Source: a virus (Duplodnaviria > Caudoviricetes). From it: a DNA stretch of 44,526 nt. Position 1 is the first letter of the stretch. Every line of letters begins with the position of its first letter. Under the pieces are notes generated by a model. That model was not told the DNA's origin. It saw only the letters and a list, made by a program, of their open reading frames with translations, and did not search any database. Location of the stretch: positions 1-44,526 of IMG/VR virus record IMGVR_UViG_3300030095_002546, one strand, 5' to 3'. Both the position numbers and the translations under genes were made by a program. Below are positions 9,476 through 18,175 of this stretch, piece by piece.

Positions 9476-10089
9476 TGTCCCGCCTTATGTTTATGAGTAT
9501 CTAATCTTAAATCAGAATTTTTAGGTTTTAATGATTGTTCAATACTAAACCTAGATGATAAAGTTGTCTTAAACATTATCTCTTTAAATTCTGCCATTTG
9601 CCTACAAGCGTCTATGTCATTTTCATTATAATCAAAGACAAGATATTGCCAAACTATTTTAAGACCTTTTTCTCTACCAGCACACATTAAATCCCATATT
9701 TTAGAACCATCTTGATTTACTCTATATTTGTGGCTTTCTTCTGGTACGCCATCAAGACCAAACTCCCACCTTGCGTGTTTACAGGCGTCAAAGGCTTTCA
9801 TATACCAGTCCCAAGGTTTATGCGAAGCCGCCGTATGTATATTAACTTTTCTATCATGGCACATTTTTAACATGTCAATAAAATTTGGATTAAAGATAGG
9901 GTCTGATACTTGACCACAAAAAGTTATTTCATCAAAATAATCATATATCTTTTTAAACTCTTCCATAGACATATCATGGCCTGGTACTTTTTGTCCTCTT
10001 TGTCTAAAGATTTCTCTATTACACTTTGAACATTGTAAAGTACATCTATAAGTTATATCTAAATTAATACATTTTCGTCTAGTTATCAT
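9472..10089 (-). CDS. Radical SAM enzyme (short core)
   Basis: CTLQCSKC (CxxxCxxC), CGQVSDP (GGEP-like), FGLDG...YRVN and WQYLVF.YNE. Confidence 0.85.
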   Translation of the reverse strand: MITRRKCINLDITYRCTLQCSKCNREIFRQRGQKVPGHDMSMEEFKKIYDYFDEITFCGQVSDPIFNPNFIDMLKMCHDRKVNIHTAASHKPWDWYMKAFDACKHARWEFGLDGVPEESHKYRVNQDGSKIWDLMCAGREKGLKIVWQYLVFDYNENDIDACRQMAEFKEIMFKTTLSSRFSIEQSLKPKNSDLRLDTHKHKAGQ

Positions 10090-11212
10090 ATTGTGGCCAT
10101 AGTTCAGCGTGGTTCATATTTCTTTGTTTAGAAAGTTTTTTCATATACTCTATACCTGCTTTTAAGTCTGTAGAGTTTCCTCCTTTTTTCAATTCACTTA
10201 ATACATAAGCAAACTCTGGTATATGTTCGTATCTATTAATAAGTTGTTGTTTTTTCTCCTCTGGTAGATTTCTTATTGATAATATTTTTGGTGTCATAAC
10301 AACACTAGTAAATTTTACTTCTATATTAAAGTTTTGTTTGTAGTAATCTTTAATTGATGTCAAGTCTTCCACATTTAATAATGAGGTTGTACAATTTAGA
10401 TTTCTTGTTTGAAAGTCTTTAGTCTCTCGTAAATTAGCTTCAAATTTTTTAATGTCAATAGGATATCTGATATATTCTAATTTTTTACCATAATGGTCAC
10501 ATGATATACCCCAATGTATTTTTTTAAACTTGTTTTCTATATCCCATACTGAATGGTTTTTATATCTAAGCTCTGTAAAATTCGTGTCATATTGCAACTC
10601 TATATTTTTGGCATGTTCTTCTGGTATTAAGTCTAACATTTCCCAATGTTTAGGTAACTGTAAAGGTTCGCCACCTGTAATATGAATAGTGTCAACTCTT
10701 TCAATGTTATCAATTATGTCATTTACAATCAAATACCATTCTTTACTTTTTACTGATACATAATCACTTTCAGAAAAGAAGTCCCAGCCTTCTGGATATA
10801 TTTTATTCATTTCATTTCTTCTTGTAGAAGAGTTGTAAGGTATACACATATAACAACTTAAATTACAAAAGGTACCATTAATTCTTAATTTGAGTGTAAC
10901 TTTATCTACACTTAATGGTGGCATTTTGTTTTTTAATCTTTTTAATGCTTTTGTCCTGTATGATGTACCAGTAGATTCTTCCATTGTATAACATTTTATA
11001 CATTCTGGCAACTTTTCTCCACAAAGCACAGCGTTCCTTTTCTCTTCCATTTCTGGTGAGTTAAAGTATTCAAAAGGTTTGTGTGTTTGCGATTTGTATT
11101 TCCTAGAAACTGGTGTAGTTCTAGCATGACAACATAATCTATATTCGCCAGAGCTGTCGGCATAGATTTCGTTGAATATCAAAGGGCAATAAGTTCCATT
11201 ATCTTTCATCAT
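10079..11212 (-). CDS. Radical SAM enzyme with N-terminal twitch-like domain
   Basis: N-terminal CPLIF...GEYRLCC...CIKCY; core CNLSCYMC, ITGGEP, YDTN and ISCD..G...EYIRYP. Confidence 0.85.
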   Translation of the reverse strand: MMKDNGTYCPLIFNEIYADSSGEYRLCCHARTTPVSRKYKSQTHKPFEYFNSPEMEEKRNAVLCGEKLPECIKCYTMEESTGTSYRTKALKRLKNKMPPLSVDKVTLKLRINGTFCNLSCYMCIPYNSSTRRNEMNKIYPEGWDFFSESDYVSVKSKEWYLIVNDIIDNIERVDTIHITGGEPLQLPKHWEMLDLIPEEHAKNIELQYDTNFTELRYKNHSVWDIENKFKKIHWGISCDHYGKKLEYIRYPIDIKKFEANLRETKDFQTRNLNCTTSLLNVEDLTSIKDYYKQNFNIEVKFTSVVMTPKILSIRNLPEEKKQQLINRYEHIPEFAYVLSELKKGGNSTDLKAGIEYMKKLSKQRNMNHAELWPQYDN

Positions 11213-11220
11213 CTAATCCA

Positions 11221-11228
11221 TATTTAGG
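11221..11228 (-). promoter_or_regulatory. Putative T4-type late promoter box (CCTAAATA on the minus strand)
   Basis: TAAATA core lies 8 nt before the ATG of the minus-strand operon and mirrors the plus-strand box. Confidence 0.55.
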
Positions 11229-11244
11229 CAGCTCCTAGGAGAGG

Positions 11245-11252
11245 TATAAATA
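11245..11252 (+). promoter_or_regulatory. T4-type late promoter TATAAATA
   Basis: Exact gp55-dependent late consensus in intergenic DNA, 8 nt before ATG 11261. Confidence 0.75.
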
Positions 11253-11260
11253 GTATTGTT

Positions 11261-11908
11261 ATGATGAATATATTTAAAGTGATTAGTGAATTTACTAATG
11301 ATGATTTTGTTAAAAAATTGAGTAAGGCATATTATAATAATAATGACCTATTACAGGCTCTAGGTAAATCTAGCGAAGATGAGATTGTTAAATCTATTGC
11401 AAACTCATATAACGATAATCAACAGAAAAGTAAAGACTGGTTAATTGAAAATGCCAGCAATTTCTTTAGTGCATATGAAGTACCAAATATTTTGGTGGCT
11501 GCTGGTTGGTATGGTTTACTTGCTTCAAAGATACAAGAGGAAACTAAATTTCAAGTTACTAGTTTTGATATGGATCCAAAATGTCAAGAGATAGGCCAAC
11601 ATCTACATAAAAATGTAAAATTCAAAACTGCTAATATAAGTGATTTTGAATACACACATAATTATAATATTATTATTTGTACCTCATGTGAACACATAGA
11701 ACAAAAAGTATTAGATGAATGGTTATCTAAAAGAAAGAAAAGAGCTTTGGTTATTTTACAATCTAATAATTATAACGAGTTAACGGAACATATAAATTGT
11801 AATAGAGACTTAAAAGAATTTGAAGAGAAGTGTGGTCTAAAAACAATTCATTGGAGTGGAGAATTAGACCTTGGAAAATTTAAAAGATTTATGGTGGTAG
11901 GAATATAA
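11261..11908 (+). CDS. Class I SAM-dependent methyltransferase
   Basis: Motif I-like LVAAGWYG, acidic SFDMD, IICTSCEH and LQSNNY...HINC. Confidence 0.75.
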   Translation: MMNIFKVISEFTNDDFVKKLSKAYYNNNDLLQALGKSSEDEIVKSIANSYNDNQQKSKDWLIENASNFFSAYEVPNILVAAGWYGLLASKIQEETKFQVTSFDMDPKCQEIGQHLHKNVKFKTANISDFEYTHNYNIIICTSCEHIEQKVLDEWLSKRKKRALVILQSNNYNELTEHINCNRDLKEFEEKCGLKTIHWSGELDLGKFKRFMVVGI

Positions 11909-12519
11909 TGTACGAAAAATTATTAAGATATGGTGATATTATACCTTTGAAGTTTAAATGTCATATTAAAAAACTAGAAGAGGAAATAAAAGACTTTGAT
12001 TGGCACAAATACAATCCAAGAACACCAAACAATAGATACGGATTAAGTGTTACAAGTTTAGATGGCAAACTAGGTGGTATTGATTTAGATTCATTTTATC
12101 AGTATAATAAATTACACGGTACTCAATATAAAGAATCTAGTTTTAAAACTTTTACAGATGTTTACTATAAGAGTGAAGAGACACAAAAATTAGTAGAACC
12201 TTGGGGAAAACATTTAGAAAGAACACACTTTATAAACATAAGAAAAGGTGGTTTCTTTCCACCACATAGAGACCAAATAAGTTTAGAACAAAAAAACTTT
12301 AGAATTCTGGTGCCTATTAAAAACTTTAATTTTCCTTACCATGTGTTTATGTTAGATAATCATTTACAAATGTTAGATGAGGGTAGAGCTTATTTTATTA
12401 ACACAAACAAAGTACATAGTTTATTTGGTTTTGATGATGATACAACTATGTTAGTAATGAATATAAATTGTAATGAAGAAAGTATGAGGATAGTATGTCA
12501 AAATTTTCAGCAGAAGTAA
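11908..12519 (+). CDS. Fe(II)/2OG oxygenase, Asp/Asn beta-hydroxylase-like
   Basis: GGFFPPHRD (HxD) and YFINTNKVHS (distal His) in a cupin fold. Confidence 0.7.
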   Translation: MYEKLLRYGDIIPLKFKCHIKKLEEEIKDFDWHKYNPRTPNNRYGLSVTSLDGKLGGIDLDSFYQYNKLHGTQYKESSFKTFTDVYYKSEETQKLVEPWGKHLERTHFINIRKGGFFPPHRDQISLEQKNFRILVPIKNFNFPYHVFMLDNHLQMLDEGRAYFINTNKVHSLFGFDDDTTMLVMNINCNEESMRIVCQNFQQK

Positions 12520-13190
12520 TATATAAAGAAAGAATAGTAGCAACAAAATTAGGCCTTGATGTAAGTCCAGAAGACCAAATGAAAATTGCAGAAGATATTG
12601 GTCCTGTTTTTAAACCAGATGATGATAGACATAGTGTAATGAGAATTATTCCTGGTATGCAAAGAGTTACCAGAGGTGCATTATTCGGAACAGACGAAAC
12701 ACTAGATTGGCATGCTAATAAACCTAGCGACCCCGATAGAGCAGGTATTGTTTGGATTTATGCGAAAGAAGGAACAAAAGGAAGTAGAACAAGTTGGATT
12801 GACAACTATAAGGCATATCAAGACTTGTCAGATGATGTTAAAGAACAAATTAAAGATATAACTTTTACATGTGGATTTAAGAAAGGATTATATACACCAG
12901 ACCCTTTTTTTAAAGAACATCATAATAAGAAACTAATACACAATCTAATACATACAAATAAGGCAGGACTTACTGGAATGTTCTTTCCATTCTATCAAAT
13001 AATGGCCTGGAATGGCGACCAAGAATTATTTGATATGTTACAAAGCCATTGTATGCAAGAGAAATACCAGTACCACCATGATTGGGAGGATGGCGATTTA
13101 GTATTAAGTGACCAATGGTTGACTTTACATAAAAGGTGGGCTTTTGATAAAATGGATAAAAGAGTGATGAATAGGATACCAATTGATTAA
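12495..13190 (+). CDS. TauD/TfdA-family dioxygenase-like protein
   Basis: DWHAN, T.WID...AY..L and HDWEDGDLVLSDQWLTLHKR...RVMNR match the TauD layout. The first motif is HxN rather than HxD. Confidence 0.75.
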   Translation: MSKFSAEVIYKERIVATKLGLDVSPEDQMKIAEDIGPVFKPDDDRHSVMRIIPGMQRVTRGALFGTDETLDWHANKPSDPDRAGIVWIYAKEGTKGSRTSWIDNYKAYQDLSDDVKEQIKDITFTCGFKKGLYTPDPFFKEHHNKKLIHNLIHTNKAGLTGMFFPFYQIMAWNGDQELFDMLQSHCMQEKYQYHHDWEDGDLVLSDQWLTLHKRWAFDKMDKRVMNRIPID

Positions 13191-13608
13191 AGAAATTACT
13201 ACTGCTCAAGCCCTTACATTTAACTTTCAAGACGAATGGCACCAAGACTTTTATAAGTGGAAAAAACATTTGTTAATTGGTAGTAAGTATTGGCCTCAAC
13301 TTAAAAAATTCTATACTAGTCCTGAGCAATGGTTAGGACATTTTGGACATAGTGGATTAGAAGCAGTATATTTTTATACTATTTGCGAGAATGAAATGTA
13401 TGATGGTTTTTTAGAATCATCTAAACATGGTGCAGGTATAAAATTAGGAAGATATCTTCCTGAATACACAAAAGATTTATGGTCTGTAAACTGGAGTTGT
13501 TGTAACAGAAAGCATGTAGATTTTAATAGGCGTTTAGGTTATGAGGTTGCAAGTATGGCAGATTTAACACCAGACTATAGGGGGTATCTATTATGTCGAA
13601 AGAAATAA
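13183..13608 (+). CDS. Putative GNAT-fold protein
   Basis: SKHGAGIKL resembles the acyl-CoA binding loop and VDFNRRLGY resembles GNAT motif B. Weak match. Confidence 0.4.
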   Translation: MIKEITTAQALTFNFQDEWHQDFYKWKKHLLIGSKYWPQLKKFYTSPEQWLGHFGHSGLEAVYFYTICENEMYDGFLESSKHGAGIKLGRYLPEYTKDLWSVNWSCCNRKHVDFNRRLGYEVASMADLTPDYRGYLLCRKK

Positions 13609-14711
13609 TGTCGTTTGCTAAACTTAATTCTCACACGGATAGGGTGGTCTCAGCTAAAGATTATACACTTACTCTGGAGAATGGCAAGCTTTTAACAGAT
13701 ACAATGTCAGGATTATGGACAACACCTTTAGGTTATAGTAATGACATTATGAAAGCTGCAATGACAAATCAACTTAATAAACTTCCTTATGCAAGTAATT
13801 TTTCAGGCAATCAAAGTGAGACTACAGAAAGATATGCCGAAGCATTATGTAAAAAAACAAATATGAATAGAGTTTACTTTACAAACTCTGGTTCGACTGC
13901 CGTAGAAACTGCTATAAAACTTACAGGTAAAAATGTTGCAATATGTGGCGAACATAGTTACCATGGTTCTACTATATTAAGTGCCAATGTTTCAGACCAA
14001 GGTATTAATAAGTTTTGGGGTATTCAAAACCCTATGAGTATTTACAAGTTTGAAAGAGCAGATGATTTATATGCTAACTGTAAAGGTCTTTTTGATTTAT
14101 CATTTGTAATTATAGAACCAGTTGTTGGTGCAGGTGGTGTTTATGAATGGGAACACTCATGCTGGGATATTTTAGAAGAATATCAAGAATCTGGTGGTTA
14201 TGTTATACTTGATGAAACAGTTACAGGTTTTGGAAAGTTAGGACCTTTGTTTGGTTTTGAAAAATATAATTTTAAACCTGACATATTAGTATTAGGCAAA
14301 GCAATAACAAACGGATACTTTCCAATGGGTGCTTGTTTAATAAATGAAAGAATTGAGAAACAAAATAAAATGTTTAATCACGGTTTTACTTTTTCAGGTC
14401 ATCCAGTTGGTTCTAGTGCAGGTTTTGTAATGTTAAAAGAATTAGAACAAAGAAACGAATGGTTGCTTAACCATGATAGATTTAGTATTAGATTAGAAAA
14501 TGTAAAAGAACATAGACAGATTGGTTGTATGGGTGCAATAGACTTTGAAACACCAAAACAATCATTAACATTTATAAAGAAGATGAGAGAAAGAGGTTAC
14601 ATATTAGAAGACGGCTCAGAAAATATGACAACAGCTGTATATTGTTTGCCTTATATAATGACGCAAGAAGATTATCACAAATTTATGGAGAATATTAAAG
14701 AATGTATTTAA
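13593..14711 (+). CDS. Class III PLP-dependent aminotransferase (BioA/omega-transaminase-like)
   Basis: DTMSGLWT.PLGY, FTNSGS.AVE.AIK, SYHG, IEPVVGAGG, DETVTGFGKLG, PDILVLGKAITNGYFP and HGFTFSGHP. Confidence 0.9.
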   Translation: MSKEIMSFAKLNSHTDRVVSAKDYTLTLENGKLLTDTMSGLWTTPLGYSNDIMKAAMTNQLNKLPYASNFSGNQSETTERYAEALCKKTNMNRVYFTNSGSTAVETAIKLTGKNVAICGEHSYHGSTILSANVSDQGINKFWGIQNPMSIYKFERADDLYANCKGLFDLSFVIIEPVVGAGGVYEWEHSCWDILEEYQESGGYVILDETVTGFGKLGPLFGFEKYNFKPDILVLGKAITNGYFPMGACLINERIEKQNKMFNHGFTFSGHPVGSSAGFVMLKELEQRNEWLLNHDRFSIRLENVKEHRQIGCMGAIDFETPKQSLTFIKKMRERGYILEDGSENMTTAVYCLPYIMTQEDYHKFMENIKECI

Positions 14712-15508
14712 CAGCAACATACCCTATTCAATTTCCTGAAGTTACAGATACCATTAAAAGATATTTTAATGATGTTTATGACCATGATTATATAACTCAA
14801 AATAAAGAAGAAATGGTCAAATCATTTATTAGGTCTTTTCCTGAATGGTTTAATAAAGGCAAGTTTAAAGTAAAAGGACTTAAAAATTTTCCTTATGTGT
14901 ATATTACAAATGGCATAACAGAAGCTATACATGTAACTATGCTTGAACATGGTTTAAGACCTGTTGTTGCAGACAAAGAATATAAATCGTATCTTGCTCA
15001 TGCAAGAATATATGCTGAGAGTGGAAATACATTAAGAAATAGAACACCATTTTTAAGTTTACCTTTCTATGATACGGCAGAAGAACACCCTACTACACAA
15101 ACTATATTAAAAGGACCTGCTTTCATAGACCTTGCGTGGGCAGGTAATTGTGGTTTACAAGGTACATATGATTTAAGTAATGTCAGTTATGCTTCTTTTA
15201 GTTTTAGTAAGATGTTTGGTATACAATACCATAGAATAGGCATATTATACTCTAAAACACCAATCAAACATTTTGAAATGTATAAAGATGTATCATATAA
15301 CAATTTAGTTGGTCTTGGTATGATAAATCAGTTGACTGGATTTAAGCCTGATTACTTCTATGATAAATATAGACATGTGGCAGACTCATTCTGTACAAAA
15401 TTAGACTTACAACCAACAAAGAGTCTATGGATGGGTCGAAGTAAAAAGGACACAAAAGTGCCCTTATTTTATGAATGGTTAGAATGGAAAAATGAGAACG
15501 GAAAATAA
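14702..15508 (+). CDS. Short fold-type I PLP-dependent enzyme (class I/II aminotransferase-like)
   Basis: ITNGITEAI, FIDLAW (DxA) and SFSKMFG...RIG (PLP lysine motif). Confidence 0.7.
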   Translation: MYLTATYPIQFPEVTDTIKRYFNDVYDHDYITQNKEEMVKSFIRSFPEWFNKGKFKVKGLKNFPYVYITNGITEAIHVTMLEHGLRPVVADKEYKSYLAHARIYAESGNTLRNRTPFLSLPFYDTAEEHPTTQTILKGPAFIDLAWAGNCGLQGTYDLSNVSYASFSFSKMFGIQYHRIGILYSKTPIKHFEMYKDVSYNNLVGLGMINQLTGFKPDYFYDKYRHVADSFCTKLDLQPTKSLWMGRSKKDTKVPLFYEWLEWKNENGK

Positions 15509-16262
15509 AGAGTTTTATCACATTGCTCAAAATAATGATTGGGTAGATATAAGTAAGTTTTGGAGTTGGCCAACACAGGAGATTCTTGAAGATGTGAAGA
15601 ATATACCTGATAAATATTGGAGTAAACCTTTTGATGGTGGTAATAAAGACAATCAAAAGGGTTATGATGATTATGAAAGTAATCGTTCTTTACCTGGTAC
15701 CGAAGAGGGTAGTCAGTTAATTGAAGCGAGAGGTTGGAGAACGGCCATGTTTCTTAATGAGACAGGCTTTAGTAAAGACCAAATATTGAAATTTAAACCT
15801 GTTTACAAAGACGAATGGGAATATAAAGACAGATGGAATTATATTAAGAATGAAAGAAAGTGGACAGACATTGCAGAATTCAGTCCTACTTTAAAGAAGT
15901 TTTTTGAAAGTGCGATATTTCCATATTTACATGTTGGTTATATTTTTGTAACTGCTTTAGAACCAGGTGGAATAGTAACTAAACATGATGATATACCAGA
16001 CGGCAGTATACCGTTATTAGGTGGTGAAAAATTACATGCTTTTGATATGTGTAATGTTTTTAACTTATGTTTAAATCATGTAGATTCATGTGAGGCAGTT
16101 TTTAACAATAAGGTTATGCCTTCATATGAGGGTTGCTTAATGTGGACAAACACAGGAAAGAAACATTGGGTCGTTAACATGAATAGAGAGACACAATATA
16201 AAATTATATTTCAAGCTCTATTTAAAAAAGAGTTTAGAAAAAAGGTAGTAAAAGAATTATGA
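15492..16262 (+). CDS. Fe(II)/2OG oxygenase, Asp/Asn beta-hydroxylase-like
   Basis: LEPGGIVTKHDD (HxD), NLCLNH and NTGKKHWVVN (distal His). Confidence 0.7.
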   Translation: MRTENKEFYHIAQNNDWVDISKFWSWPTQEILEDVKNIPDKYWSKPFDGGNKDNQKGYDDYESNRSLPGTEEGSQLIEARGWRTAMFLNETGFSKDQILKFKPVYKDEWEYKDRWNYIKNERKWTDIAEFSPTLKKFFESAIFPYLHVGYIFVTALEPGGIVTKHDDIPDGSIPLLGGEKLHAFDMCNVFNLCLNHVDSCEAVFNNKVMPSYEGCLMWTNTGKKHWVVNMNRETQYKIIFQALFKKEFRKKVVKEL

Positions 16263-16993
16263 TTATAGACAATCACAAAGAGTTCCAATTAGATGGAACA
16301 CAATTTACAAATATACATAAAGAGCTAATGAAATATTTTAGTGATAACGGTATTGATGTAGAAATTTCAGACGATTTAGTTGGACTGAAAAAACACCTTA
16401 TGTCTCAAAGTAAAGATGACTACCCTTATGGTATGGATACTTTTTTTGATGACGAAGAGTTAGCAACAAAAGGAGAATTTTTTGGTTTAATTAGACAAAT
16501 GAAATCTTTTGTTTTACTTTTAAAGAAAGATGACGAAGTTATAGCTACATATGCAGCTAGACAAATGCCAGTAGAATATTTTATTGATGTTTGCGCTAGC
16601 AAGAAAGAGGGTGTTCGAAGAGGAACAGATGTAGTCAAACCTCAAAAATTATTAGGTTTAAAAAATTCTTGGTATAGTTCTTGTCAATGGACTTCTAAAA
16701 ATCATAGAGGTAAAAAATTTGGTGTATTTCTTGACCACTTAAAAAAGAATATTTTGTTTGATATGATGAATGAAGAAAATAATCCTGTACAACTTAATTA
16801 CGCATTGCAAAGAGAAGCATTGAATGATTATCATGTCAAACATTTAGGTTATGAAGCTTCAGAATATTTTATGACTTATGACAATGGTATTGGTGGTGCA
16901 GGTACGGCTGATGATAAAAAGTATAGTATTGCTTATGTTATGGCCGAAACTTGGAAGAACAAACAAGATGAAATTAAAAAGTTATACAGCTAG
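16259..16993 (+). CDS. Putative GNAT-fold protein
   Basis: WTSKNHRGKKFG resembles GNAT motif A (V.P.YRGKG.G), and LGYE resembles motif B. Confidence 0.45.
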   Translation: MIIDNHKEFQLDGTQFTNIHKELMKYFSDNGIDVEISDDLVGLKKHLMSQSKDDYPYGMDTFFDDEELATKGEFFGLIRQMKSFVLLLKKDDEVIATYAARQMPVEYFIDVCASKKEGVRRGTDVVKPQKLLGLKNSWYSSCQWTSKNHRGKKFGVFLDHLKKNILFDMMNEENNPVQLNYALQREALNDYHVKHLGYEASEYFMTYDNGIGGAGTADDKKYSIAYVMAETWKNKQDEIKKLYS

Positions 16994-17534
16994 ACCTGAC
17001 CAATTAACGCCAGAATACAGAATACAGTTTGAAAAAATAATAGATGATATCTTAAAGCAACAATCTGACCCATTGTGGAAGAATTGGGGCAATTTTCATT
17101 TAGATGACCAATTAGCTTTGACAGTAGGTGTCGAAGACCATAAGGTTAAGGTTATATCAAGTATCTATAATAGAGAGACTTGGAAACCAAATGTGTTTAG
17201 AGTTTTAAATAGATTTTATTACACTAAAGATATTAGAGAAAAAGGTGGTACAAAGAAGTATGACGGCGAATATCATTTAGCTCAAATATTTCTACATCAA
17301 CAAATTCAGTTTATAAAAGAGAATTATGATTATGAGTTCTACTTTGTAAGCAGACAAAGAGGTCATAAGTTTTTAAAACTATGGGCTCAACATTATAATG
17401 AAGATTATGGTGGTAATTTAACAGTAAGTGAGGACAGATATTGGGTAACGCCATCAAAGAAAGACTATTATGGTGGTTGTCAAAGACTAATTTATCCAAA
17501 GGACCTTGAAATACCCTTTGAAAAAGGAGTATAA
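16968..17534 (+). CDS. Hypothetical protein, possibly GNAT-like
   Basis: Start revised to ATG 16968. RVLNRFYY..DIR and FVSRQ motifs; last gene of the plus-strand island operon. Confidence 0.45.
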   Translation: MKLKSYTARPDQLTPEYRIQFEKIIDDILKQQSDPLWKNWGNFHLDDQLALTVGVEDHKVKVISSIYNRETWKPNVFRVLNRFYYTKDIREKGGTKKYDGEYHLAQIFLHQQIQFIKENYDYEFYFVSRQRGHKFLKLWAQHYNEDYGGNLTVSEDRYWVTPSKKDYYGGCQRLIYPKDLEIPFEKGV

Positions 17535-17537
17535 ATA
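17530..17537 (+). promoter_or_regulatory. T4-type late promoter TATAAATA
   Basis: Exact consensus overlapping the island's last stop codon, upstream of the fibre genes. Confidence 0.7.
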
Positions 17538-17568
17538 GTAATATTGATAATACAATGAAGGAGAAAAC

Positions 17569-17784
17569 ATGAGTATCAAGATTGATGGAAAAGACTATGA
17601 TGAGAATTTGTTACCAGAACCGGTAAAAAGACACATTATGGCAAGACAAGAAGTTCAACAAAATAGAGTAAGAATTGAAATGGAGATGGAAAAAATTGAT
17701 GTTTTGACTAACTATTACAATGGTAAAATTGTTGAAGGTTTAAAAGATTATAAAGAACCAGAAGTTAAAAAAGACAAGGAATAG
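17569..17784 (+). CDS. Small coiled-coil protein
   Basis: Strong SD AAGGAG. IKIDGKDYDE followed by a coiled coil, typical of fibre-associated small proteins. Confidence 0.65.
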   Translation: MSIKIDGKDYDENLLPEPVKRHIMARQEVQQNRVRIEMEMEKIDVLTNYYNGKIVEGLKDYKEPEVKKDKE

Positions 17785-17787
17785 TAA

Positions 17788-18129
17788 ATGGCTGCTAGAG
17801 CAAATTTAGTTATAGACCAAGGGACAAATTTCTCTTCGGATGTAACAGTCAAAGACCTGAACGCAAATGCTTTTGACCTCACAGGTTATACAGCAACTGC
17901 CAAGATGGCAAAAGGTTACGAATCAACAAAAACTAGAAGTACAATCACGGCTACAGTATCAAGTACGCCTTCAAGTGGTCTAGTTGCCTTAACTATGACA
18001 GCCGCTCAAACGGCAGCTCTATCTCCTGGTCGTTATGTTTATGACTTGGAAATCACACAAACCTCTAGTGGAAATATAACTAGAGTGATTGAAGGCATTA
18101 TTACCGTTACTCCTCAAGTTTCTTTATAA
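17788..18129 (+). CDS. Baseplate/fibre attachment protein (BppU-N-like Ig fold)
   Basis: NLVIDQGT.F, DLTGYTA, LT..QTAAL.PGRYVYDL and RVIEGIITVTP, conserved in marine T4-like phages. Confidence 0.7.
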   Translation: MAARANLVIDQGTNFSSDVTVKDLNANAFDLTGYTATAKMAKGYESTKTRSTITATVSSTPSSGLVALTMTAAQTAALSPGRYVYDLEITQTSSGNITRVIEGIITVTPQVSL

Positions 18130-18146
18130 TTAAACTACCTATTTCT

Positions 18147-18154
18147 TATAAATA
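18147..18154 (+). promoter_or_regulatory. T4-type late promoter TATAAATA
   Basis: Exact consensus, intergenic, 21 nt before ATG 18176. Confidence 0.75.
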
Positions 18155-18175
18155 TAGTAAAGAGAGAGAAAATTA

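Noticed and set aside
6990-11212. Calling the QueC-like plus radical SAM genes a 7-deazaguanine DNA-modification (queC/queE) cluster
   Set aside because: No folE, queD or dpdA is in the window. The rSAMs look SPASM/twitch-type rather than QueE, and the late structural context does not fit. It cannot be fully excluded without the rest of the genome.
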